This document shows positions 11,013 through 21,599 of a stretch of 64,000 bases of DNA, one piece after another; within the stretch, counting starts at the first letter, position 1; each line of letters starts with the position of its first letter. The position numbers were made by a program, and so were the translations under genes. The notes beneath the pieces are model-generated. The model had not been told where the DNA came from. It saw only the letters and a list, made by a program, of their open reading frames with translations, and ran no database searches. Source of the stretch: Gordius albopunctatus (lineage: Eukaryota); assembly GCA_964276515.1 (NCBI GenBank), contig OZ193909.1, positions 3,906,001 to 3,970,000 of the forward strand. The letters run 5' to 3'.

Positions 11013-13060
11013 CATGGCTTATTATTTTTTACATATACCCTTATAGCTTTGTGTAATTTATATTATTTACACTAATAAATTTCCATATTAATTGCTATCG
11101 ATGTATGCTTTATAATAGGACATTTTTTGGTATACACAAAATATTTTATCATGATAAAATACAAATATTATAATTTATTTAAAAAAAATTAGAACCTTAT
11201 TATTATTATGATCTGTTATCAAGAATCTATGAGAAAAAAATCTTACCAATAACTTTTATTTAAAAATCGTTAAAATATTTATTTGAAACGAATTCACCTT
11301 GGTCATGTTATATTGCGACGCGCTTTATTGTCAACTTCTATTTGTCCTCGCAAACTTAAAAGGTTCGCCAAAGTTTTATTCTGTAGATGGGATTATATGG
11401 ATGAATCTTGCTGATATAAACTCATATCAATATTATATCTTACTTAACACCATCACTAGAGGCAATAACGTTTAAAGAGAGGCAAAATGAGAATTTTATG
11501 AAATTTTAAAGTATTTTCGGATTTAGAGGGCGCCAGCTGCCCCTCCCTACCACCCCCTGACGCCATGATAACTAATAAAGTCATGGCGAAATTAGTTATA
11601 GCGATTTATTAACCATTACTTTACTTTATTGTGATTTGTGAACATATTAATGCCTTCCATCGAAATTTCTCGTAACAAATTAACTCCAAAGATAACTGAT
11701 AAACAATTCTGCAAGAATCGATAGATTAAAGACGAATGCAAAAGTCAAAATTTCATCAAAAGAGTCTACCAAAAAATTTGGCAACAAAATACATGCCTTT
11801 TATTTAAACGAATTTTTGGGAGCATAACCTTCTTCATACCTGGCTAATAATATAGAATTATATTTGACACTGTATCACAAAACTATTTAAGACTAACTAA
11901 TATCGATCATGGCAATCAAAATCTGACTAATACAATGATTTTTATGGTTAAAAAGTTTATTTTAATGAAACAAAGTTACATAAATAAGCTAAATACAAAA
12001 ATAAATAAAGACCTATTAGTTAGATACATAGATCTATATCATGATCTCCTGAAATGGGCCATCAGTCGGCAAAGGATTTATAGTTGTATCGTAGAATAAT
12101 AATCCCTAGTTGTTGCCTGAGTAAAAAGGACTAAGAAATTTTAGATTTCGGTGAGCGTTTTCCGATTTCTTTAAAAAACCCCATTACCTGCTTACCAAAA
12201 GAACAGGAGCACGAGGCAACGACAGTGATAAAAATATTGGATGCCAAAAGGGCAGAGTACTTTGTAGTTTTACGCCCTTTTGCTGCAGCGATAGGGTCGT
12301 AATTAAAATGGGAAGAGGCAAATATGTCAATACAAGTAAAATCCCATTTGAGGGATAGGCTATTTTGCCAGGGGACTAGAGAAGAACTGTCAGGGCGCAT
12401 CCTACCTTCAAGAGAGGGATCTAACGGCTCACGGATTGAGGGGATTGCATGGGTAGGCTTCAAGCCACTCGTGACTGGGACCATAAAAAGCGAGGGACCT
12501 AAGGTTGTAATGCTGGCTATCATCGCTGCTCGATAAAAGGTAATCAACGGAGCGCGATACTAGTCAAGAATCCCAATCTTGTCTCGTACTTTGAGGTTAA
12601 ATAGTCTCTGGTGTCACATTCAAATTCCAAAGCTCCAAGGCTTGAGTTAACAGAGGGTCGGAATCATATGTTGTGAGATTAAAAATTGAGTTTTGGACTG
12701 ACTTAAAAGAGGAAATAAAAGCAGCTAGCGATAGGCTGCCGCCAGGACGAATTCCTGATCCTCCATATTTGGTTGGAAGGGATGCTTGAATCCGATTGTT
12801 AGTATTAAATTTTAAATTTTTTCTAATAAAGTTTTTAAAAAGCCTTCGTGCGACTTTAAAACGTGTTGGTGTCAAAATGCAGCAGATGAGCGAAAACAAT
12901 GATAAATCTTTTAAATGTTGAAATAGTTTTTGATTAAGTAAAAAATGTGATGTGCAGGCAAGCATTTTAAAAGTTCCGTTTTAGATTTTAATATTTCGAG
13001 GTTCTTATGAAGCAAATTTAAAAGAGATTTTTCGCCGCCAATGGATGATCCCAAAAGGTA

Positions 13061-14278
13061 GGAAAGACCGGGGCTAGTCGTAGCCCGGGGTTACTATTAT
13101 CTTTCTAATTATTTTGTAAAATAATATTGATATTAAAGCAAAATTTAAACCATATGTGTATTTTTCCATAAGCCATAAGCAAAAAAATATGCTTAGAAAA
13201 AATAAAATTTAAAATTTATATTGAGAAAAAACTATTTTTCGGGGCTATTAGTAGCCTTTACAAAATTTTTTATTTAGCACATAAAATTTTTTAGGCTGAA
13301 TATTTTGGATGTATTTAACTTTTATCTTATAAAGGGAGATTTCTATATAAAAATTGTCTAATGATTAAATTTTTATATGCAATATAACATCTTAAACTTT
13401 TAATTGTTTATGAAAATAGGGGTCGGGGCTAGTCGGAGAGGGGCTATTGCTAGCCATTTTTTATTAAAAAACAAAAAATTTTGTTTAATAATCTAACATA
13501 GTGTTATTTGGAATAGAAATAGACTATGATTATACATTATAAAACGACTAAAAGTCTTTTTCCATTGCTAAATCCGCCTTTTGAGTGTTCTTAAGTCAGA
13601 TTATCATCTTGACTCTATTTTTATTTCTTTTATATAAAATACAATCATATTACATTTGTATTTTCTACATTTTTATAATGAAAGAATATTTTTATTGATT
13701 TGAGTTAGCATAAACTTATAAGATGTGAAAACGTCAGAAGCCCTCCTACCCTCTAATATCTTTACCCCTATCGTTGCCTCATGTTCTGAGACTTTTGGTC
13801 CTGCCGCCATCAAGCCTTTTAAAGATATCAGCCGTCGCTGCCCGCCCTCTAAATATTCCACAAATTTTATAGTTAAACAAAAAATTGGTATTTTAATAGC
13901 AAAGTACAATTTTAAACTTTTATTATATGATACATGCGACGCTTTTTAATTATAATTTTTTTATTTTGTTTTCTACCCGCTCTTATATTTTTCGAATTTT
14001 AACACTTCGTTTTTTATAACGTTCTTACATTCAAATAAACAATATATACATTAAAAAAAATCTAACGGCTATGACTAGATCCGGTTATTTTCAAAATATT
14101 TTAGATTTTTGTTTTTTTAAACTTAATTTGTGATAAACTTTTATTTGCCTCCAAATATTTTTCCTATAGTAAAAATAGACCTTAAAAATATATTCCAACA
14201 AAAAAAATGGAAAAATTGTTTTTAGTTTTTTTTAAACGCGATTTAATTTTTTATGGCTAAAGTAGCCCTGGTCTTCCC
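13061..14278. mobile_element. Non-autonomous TA-duplicating DNA transposon (Tc1/mariner/pogo-like MITE) inserted in CRE
   Basis: TA|GGAAAGACCGGGGCTAGTCGTAGCC ... GGCTAAAGTAGCCCTGGTCTTCCC|TA. Removing it plus one TA restores the CRE frame E-N-I-Y-L-L-G-S-S-I. Internal GGGGCTA repeats. Copies at 23648-24865, 42344-43561 and 61036-62253. Confidence 0.85.
13720..14060 (+). mobile_element. 5'-truncated CRE 3' end nested inside the MITE
   Basis: ALLPSNIFTPIVASCSETFG..FKDISRR..KQKIGILIAKYN aligns to ALLASNIFITVVASCSCSFG..FKEIGKR of the outer CRE. It is followed by AATAAA at 14034 and A8 at 14053. Confidence 0.75.
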
Positions 14279-15059
14279 TATATGTTTTCTCTCTCTAAAA
14301 CTAAAAATGTTTCAAAAACTGGAAAGTCAATAGTGTTGGGAACCTAAAAGATTTAACATTTTTTCGAGTATGATTTAAGATTTAGAGTGGGTTCAAAGTT
14401 TTTGATGATTTCTAGAGCTTTACTAATCTCCTCCGGGCGGCCAAATAGTGTGGCGTCGTTGATACAAAATATTTAAATCGAGGGTACACTGAGATGATAT
14501 AGCCTCGACTGAATTATGAATGCCTAAACAAAATAAAGGAGGGCCTAATGGATCTCCTTGTTGGATGCCTTCGGACGAGTCAATGAGGTATTCGCCGAAT
14601 CTAAGCTTGGTTATAGAACCATAGCTTAATAAAATGTAATTTAAAAATTGTGTGGATACAGCTAAAAAAGTGTTAATGAGGGTTTCTCTTCGAATGCTGT
14701 TAAAAGCATTGGCAAATATAATGATTTTTCCTATTGCTTGCGGCTAGATATGCTTTTATGTACATTATCATATATAAAAAATTTGTTAGTTGATTAAAAA
14801 ATCTTATTTTTATTTAATATCTGTGACGAAAGGGTTAGGACATTTTTTATCAATAGAGACGATAGTTTATCACCCCATATATGTCAACTTTATTTCTAAA
14901 TCTGTGTCCGAAATTGCCAAAATTAAGTTTAAAATATAAATCAAATGTTTAACAACATTTTTACTGAAAATTGACTATTAGTAGAAAAGTCAATTCTTTT
15001 AAATAACAAAACAACCAGGAAATATTGAATATTGTTGTAGTTTTAGTTGAATCACTTTA

Positions 15060-15420
15060 CTTACTCGCTTATGCAAATGAGCTAGGAAGGATAGCCTGTT
15101 GTATCTTGCCAACTAAAATTAGTTATGTGAATAATGGGCACTAATTATAAGCAGGCAAATATATAAAAAGCATGCCTCATATTAGTGGAGATGTGCAGTA
15201 CATGGAACTGTCGGCATCCCTCATGCAAATGAGAAGTGCATCGACAAGGTGTAAATAGCGGGCATTTGACCATGATACAATGATATATTTATTTTTCTAC
15301 TCGTTAGTCCTGTGGGGCGGGGGGGGGGATATTTTATTTTTCATCTTTGAATCTCGTGGGTCAAGCGGTAGCATGAAGGAAGAACCAAACGGTCCCCCTT
15401 ACCCAATACCTTAAATTTAC
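15060..15420. repeat. Unclassified ~400-bp dispersed repeat with a diverged inverted partner at ~31320-31710
   Basis: Its reverse complement (GCTATTTACACCTTGTCGATG..ATGTACTGCACATCTC..TAATTAGTGCC..TTGGCAAGATACAACA) aligns to 31432-31710. Confidence 0.7.
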
Positions 15421-16016
15421 TCGTAGTCGTCGCTCATTCTAGCGGATTAATTTCACGGCAATTTCTCACAGCCATCGTCCAACACTTACATTAATACTTA
15501 CATTTATTTTCTAGAAATCATCATTCGATTGGTTGATCGTTATTAGTTGTTATTACACATTTTGTACATTTTTAATAGTAGGAAATAAAGGATAGAAAGT
15601 GCGCATATAAAAAATATATAAAAATTTCTTACAAAATTACTGAATATGATTTAAATATAATAATAAGATTATAATTACCATAATAATATCGAGTATCTTA
15701 TTCGCTGGGATTTTTATTTTCAAAAGGCATGCTTCTCAATCACCTATAAAGAATGGTAAAAATCCTTAAACTTTCAAAAGTGTGTCTTTTTTCGACGATT
15801 TTACTTTGCTAATCTTGATTTTCACTGTGGCTCACCAGAAGTTTTTTTCAATTCTTCCTCACTTGTTAACCCATATGATGGCTAAGCTTTATATATAAAC
15901 AGAACATTTCTATAATATTTAAATGTATGCAATCATCTAAACTAATTTTGTGTTACATATATTTTTGATTATAAATTTCAAAAAAATGCATCATAATGCG
16001 TCTCGGTCGATCGCCT

Positions 16017-17647
16017 TTAATCTGGGCTTGAATATCTTCCCGGAAATAAAACATTTCCAGACTCAACTTCGATTAGTAAATGCAAGAACGGTCTATTAAA
16101 AAACATATTGTCAAATGCTCTATCTTCGAGGGCTCCACCAGTGGCCGCTGCCCCTTTACTTCCTTTTTCGTTCATTTGAAAATTGACTTTATGAACCATT
16201 TTATCCAACGACAAGGCTCGTGATTTGACGATATTGTTCAAACTATGGCTGGAAACATGCATAATGGAAGTTCAGTTATATACATTTATACATAAAATTC
16301 ATCTCCAAATATATATCGATAGTTACTTAAAGATGCAACTTAGATTAGAATTCGCCAATATCGTGTTCATCTGCAAGTTTAATAAAATTATGTAATACCA
16401 ATCCATTATGTAGTATCCAATTTGTTTCCACTAATGGTAATTTATGATTGATAAAATGGGAGGGTGGAAATGGGTTTAGATATTTCGGTCGTCCAGCGAC
16501 CATTATCAAATCGTCCTTCGTTCCTTATTTGTAATCCACATCACTTGTAATTTACCCTTTTTTTATTGATAATGGTCGCTGGACGACCGAAATATGTAAA
16601 CCCATTTCCACCCTCCCATTTTATCAATCCTAAATTACCATTATTGGAAACAACCTCGATACTATCTGCAAGTTTGTTTTACGATCAATCAGAGGTATGG
16701 AGATGTTAGGAATTTTGATGGAAGCTTTCTTGAGTGCATTCACTAATATATTAGGATCCATAAAAAGTTTGTATTTGAGTGCTTTTAACGTTGATTTGGA
16801 ATTGGGAAGAATTAGGACCGTTTTAAATTTGGTCTCTTTGTGATTCAAGATTAAATAATTGGCCAAATCTCTCATGTCTGTATATTGTTCGATCTCTAAT
16901 TAAGCAATATTCATCACGGGTGTTAAGACATATCGACCGTCTTCTGTATGAATATTTTGCTGAGTCGTTCATCTTCAAAAATTAATTAGAAAATATAAAG
17001 TGGGCTTAAAAAATTAGCTCTTATCGAACGGAACTTCCCACAGTCCTTTAAAATAGAGAGTGCTGAGAGAAGCTATAAGAGTGTTGCTTGTAATATCTCT
17101 AGGGGAAAATAAATCCCGAATTCTGTTACGAGTAGGCTGAGCTACTTTAGCATTGATGGCTTTAAAAGTTTGATCTGGTGAATTGTAACTAGTCGGGGTC
17201 ACCAAGGCCCTAAATATTTTCTTTACGGCGTTAGCATAATTTGGATTTATAGTCATTCTATTATTGACAAATAGCTCATTTAATATTTTAATTTCGGTTG
17301 CATCGTTTTTGTAGTCTTGATATTTGCTCAAAAAACCTGACTACCTTCTAATGTATTCGTGTGTCAAAGACTGCTGCAAAAAATTTCCTAGTTCAGCGTA
17401 GCAAGTTTCATCTCTAGTTCCCGCCGCGTATATGTACATGGCAGTTTTAAGGTTAAACGGTGAAAATACGTAATTTTGGTTATATTTATTGATGATACAC
17501 GCTATTTTGATGCTTACTAATGACCTGTGGATTAACGTCTGCACTCAAACTCACAGTTATGAGTGTTAAGGCTAAATAGATTTATAACATAATAATTTTT
17601 GAATGAAAAAATAAAAACTCACCGAAGCAGAGTAATGTAATGAACAT
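16017..17647 (-). pseudogene. Serpin (serine protease inhibitor) pseudogene with introns
   Basis: Exon 1 (17647-17623) plus a 51-nt GT..AG intron gives signal peptide MFITLLCFALTLITVSLSA. Serpin motifs: NYVFSPF, LYFKGLWEVPF, hinge NEKGSKGAAATGG, signature FNRPFLHLL...VLFPGRYSSP. There is a 78-nt intron at 16326-16249. Lesions: frameshift near 17490, TAG at 17343-17341, apparent loss of a donor near 17017, TAA near 16900. Confidence 0.88.
16371..16675. mobile_element. Foldback/hairpin insertion in the serpin with 12-bp flanking direct repeat
   Basis: 99-bp inverted arms at 16411-16509 and 16566-16664 (about 6 mismatches). Direct repeat ATCTGCAAGTTT at 16369-16380 and 16664-16675. Copies at about 26958-27262 and 45653-45957. 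Confidence 0.85.
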
Positions 17648-18554
17648 GTCGATCTTGAAAAAAATTATCTCAATATCCGTGAATGATTTTTCATGGGGTC
17701 AGTATCTAAATAAAGAGATCAGCGACATCCTTAAAGTATAAGTAAATAGCATAGACTTGATAAATAGCCTCATTGATTTTTAAAGGTGCAATATTTTAAT
17801 GTCATAGAGAAGAATAATTTTGTTTCAAAAAATGCATTAAAACAGTGGATAATCTCCCTCTTATAATAAATTCAACAAAACCCTTTCACAAGATCTCGTC
17901 TCGGTTTAGAAAAATCTCGTCTCGACGAGAATTCTCGACTTGTCTCGACTTATTTTATAAAAAATTTATACGAAATTAAAATTTCTTATGTTTTGTTAAA
18001 AATATTAAATAAGTGATAAAAAAATCCAAATGGAAAACTTTTTATATTTTTCTAAGAACATAAATACACAAACTCCTTAAAGATCTAGCACGACACGACA
18101 TCTCATTGACAAAATAAATATAATGAACTAATTCATACAGATAATATTTTCTATGGAAAGTGCAAATCAAAAATAAGCTATAAATAATTTTGATGTATAT
18201 AAAGTTGAATTTATAGTTCCAGCAAATTTAACATTTTATCTAATTCACCGTGTCTGTAAAATGTAAAAGACTTGAAAATTTATAATATTTGAATTAATTA
18301 TTGAATATAGCGTTATAATCCACAAAATGAGAGTGATTTTTAATGATAATAATATTATTTAAAGAATTGATAATTAGTTGCACATATTATAACGTAAAAC
18401 AAAAATAAAAGTGGCATTATCAAAGGATCAAGAACATATAATTGTAAACTTTAAATGAGAGCATGCGTATTTTATTTTATGACAAACATTTTAATCAAAT
18501 TTGTATTCTAAATAATTACTTTCTAGTTCTAACTAACTTTGCCATTAACGATAT

Positions 18555-19855
18555 ATTTATTTGGATCCCTTCTGCGGATTCAAGGAAGAATTCTCCAAAT
18601 TTCGAAATCGAAGGACATCCGGAACTTAAAATGATGTAGTTGGTGTATTGGGGAAATAGCTTGATAAAACCATTAATGAAGGCAGTGCGGCGAATGCTAT
18701 TGAAAGCATTTTTAAAATCCAGTTTTATAAAGGAGTCACCCAGAGCGAGGTGTTCCAGGGCTAAGCCTGCGGCATGGGTAGCTATCTCGCACCCTCCTTC
18801 GACCCCGAAGCCTAGTTGATGCGGTTTTAAAGTAGGGGTCAATATTGGTTTGATCGCCGAGCAAATTAATTTAGAAATAATTCTTCGGAAGACACCGCCG
18901 ATAGGGATAGGCCTGGCTGAATTGTCGGCCTTCCTAATAGCTAAAAGCTTAGCTCCAAAGACTATGGGCGTTATTTCTTTAGGTATACTCTCATTGACTA
19001 AAAGGTTACAAAATTTGGTGAGTAAGTCTAGTAAGATGGAGGAGTTATTATTATCAATTGTTATAAGATATTTTAAAAAAATTGGTTTTATGCCGTCGAG
19101 ACCACCTGCAGAATCCATGGGAAAAGATAAGATGGCATCTCGAATGTCTGATGACTTAAAAGCAATATCTGAAGGTTGCGAGGGCGATAGGTAAGTAGAA
19201 GATAGACTCTGGGGATGTTTGAGAACCATTTCTTCATATGATTTTTGTGAAGGACTCAAAAATGAATTGTCTTCTTCGAGGTATCTCATTGCGCTTTTGA
19301 TGTTGAATGAGTGAATTTTTCTAGAGTTTTTTTTCGCTTTTTGTTTGGGGGTTAATATTTGGGATTCCTTTCTATCCATGTTATATGCTGGAGGGCTGTT
19401 TATTATGAGTAATTATTGCTTCCTTGTCTTGAGGAATATATCAAATGTAAAAAGAGAATTTAAATAATTTCTTCCAATAGGATAGGTTCGGAGGGAGAGA
19501 AATAATATTGTTAAGTAATTTTATTAAAAACTGTTGCATGCACGCCAGGGCCCCCCTTGGAATTCTGGATATGGTTGGTGGGAATGCTTGAGATAAAAAG
19601 GCTCTGCTCCATGTCATGTCATTTTTTTCATTTGTGGTATAGTAGGTTTGATGATGTATTAGATTAGGTATATCTGTACCAGAAGGGCTAAAATTAATGT
19701 TATCATCCAATATTAAGGTAGATGGTGGACGTATTATGTTTGGGGGAGCGAACTTCCCTGATGAGGGGCATTTATTTGTAACAGGGCTATGTTGTAAAAA
19801 ACAATACTTTTTGTTTAATTAGATATTTCTGGAGCACAAGGGGCATAGGGATTTC
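18555..19855 (-). mobile_element. CRE-clade retrotransposon 5' fragment (copy)
   Basis: Identical ORF at 18516-19379. Confidence 0.85.
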
Positions 19856-19934
19856 GAAAGGACTATTTAATATGTATTAGAATTTTATCACAGGCAAAAA
19901 GATTTATTTATGTCAAAACGAATGATTTATTGTA

Positions 19935-20670
19935 ACCATTGCACGGTTTACTTATCGGTACGGATCCTGATTCTAGTCTGTTCCTCAAGTCAATTCGGAC
20001 ATTCGATTTATGCTTCCAAATGACATCGTTCGGAGCAAAAGAAATAGTTGAGAATAATGCTGAAAACTGTCAACAATTTAATTCAACGTTTAAAATGAAA
20101 AGCAAGGTTTTCACAAAGGGGGTTCATTGCTGCCGATGCCAAAAGAATCTTATAAATTTTTACAAATTTACTTTATGGGTGGTGGCGACTGCGAACGCGC
20201 ACTCGCTAATCGCGTGAATGCACGTTGCGGCTACAACAACAAAAATTTCTGCGAATATTTGGTAGGTCTGAGAATTGGTTTTAAACTATTTTTTAAACCA
20301 CTAAGTGATAAGACGTTCAAGTTATTTTGTTACATACGTTTTGACGTTTAATAAAATGTCAATCAAAAGCAACCTCATGACGTCATACAGGAGTACTGTA
20401 AAATGCAACAATTTAAATAATCTTTCATATAAAAAAAGAGCTGAAGTATTCTATTTATTAAAAGTATTCTATTTATTAACATATCCGCAATAATATTTTG
20501 CCCCGCACGTTGCTGGATGTATTCGAATGAGTACTTTAAAACTTGATAATCAGTTTATTGTTCACCAAAGAAATCCAATGGACGAATACGAGTTATAACT
20601 TATAATGATATTTAATCAAATTGTCAAGACAACAATATCTTGGATTTAAATGCAAGCGTTAAACGATATC
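19935..20670 (+). mobile_element. Helitron remnant, 5' part (cut by the gap)
   Basis: Same ORFs at 19939-20351. Confidence 0.8.
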
Positions 20671-20870
20671 NNNNNNNNNNNNNNNNNNNNNNNNNNNNNN
20701 NNNNNNNNNNNNNNNNNNNNNNNNNNNNNNNNNNNNNNNNNNNNNNNNNNNNNNNNNNNNNNNNNNNNNNNNNNNNNNNNNNNNNNNNNNNNNNNNNNNN
20801 NNNNNNNNNNNNNNNNNNNNNNNNNNNNNNNNNNNNNNNNNNNNNNNNNNNNNNNNNNNNNNNNNNNNNN
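20671..20870. other. Assembly gap (200 N)
   Basis: Run of N. Confidence 1.
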
Positions 20871-21018
20871 AAGCTACTGGTATGCTTCAAAGATTATCTT
20901 AATTTAAAAGAACATTTTATATGATTCTTATGAGTTTAGTGCTCAACTAAATATTTTTGATTTACCGAATATTATATATATTATTTTACGTATTTATACT
21001 AATTTTGTATAAATCTAG

Positions 21019-21599
21019 AATGCCCGAAAAATTGCATTAACGCCTACGGACGTAACGACTGCAACATTGAAGGCGAATGCATATGCCTAGATGGCTATGC
21101 TGGGGATCGATGTCAAAATGTAATGCATGGAATATCTTGAGCTAATATACCTGTTCTCATAAATCAGCATAAAAAATGGCTAATCATTTGAGATGGAAAA
21201 CTAAGACGATTGTCAAATTTGTCTCTTTAGCGTAGTGTAGTAAAAACGGTTGGGTTTTATTTGGTCGACCTTCGGTTTTAGTGGATTAAACATAAACAAA
21301 CCAAAGGTTTTTTGGTCTGTTCTCCTTAGTCGACCTCTAGACTTAGTCGAAATTTTAAAAATAGACCAGAGTCGAGCATTTTGCAAATCAAATTCCTCAA
21401 AAGTGCACCGTATCTACTTGTTTCACTATAGATCGGGTGTGTTGAAAGCTATACAAGTTTCGCTGTTGATCTCAGAGCATCATAAAAACTATTAGTTAAA
21501 TAAATTAAGAAACCAATAAATATTATTCTATTTTTCTAGAAGTCAACATCCGATCCAATAAAAGAATGGCTTCAACTTAACGCCCCAAAAATAACATAA
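21019..21599 (+). CDS. EGF-repeat gene, exons 8-9 only (copy after the gap)
   Basis: Same sequence as 10432-11012 (offset 10587). The upstream exons are missing because of the N gap. Confidence 0.7.

Larger units (their letters stand above)
11945..14715 (-). mobile_element. Second, diverged CRE-clade element (RT C-terminal half, RLE endonuclease and 3' tail), split by a MITE
   Basis: Minus strand: NAFNSIRR..SSEGIQQGDPLGPPLFCLGI, ENIYLLGSSIG (across the MITE), QASLPTKYGGSGIR, REP..RPD..LVPW..WDFTC (restriction-like endonuclease), and AATAAA near 11960. Copies at about 22532-25302, 41228-43998 and 59920-62690. Confidence 0.85.

Noticed and set aside
16890..17500. Serpin stops explained by a variant genetic code or readthrough
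   Set aside because: A frameshift and a lost donor are also present, and TAA terminates both the EGF gene and the serpin.
20624..20924. ORFs spanning the N run
   Set aside because: Artefacts of the assembly gap.
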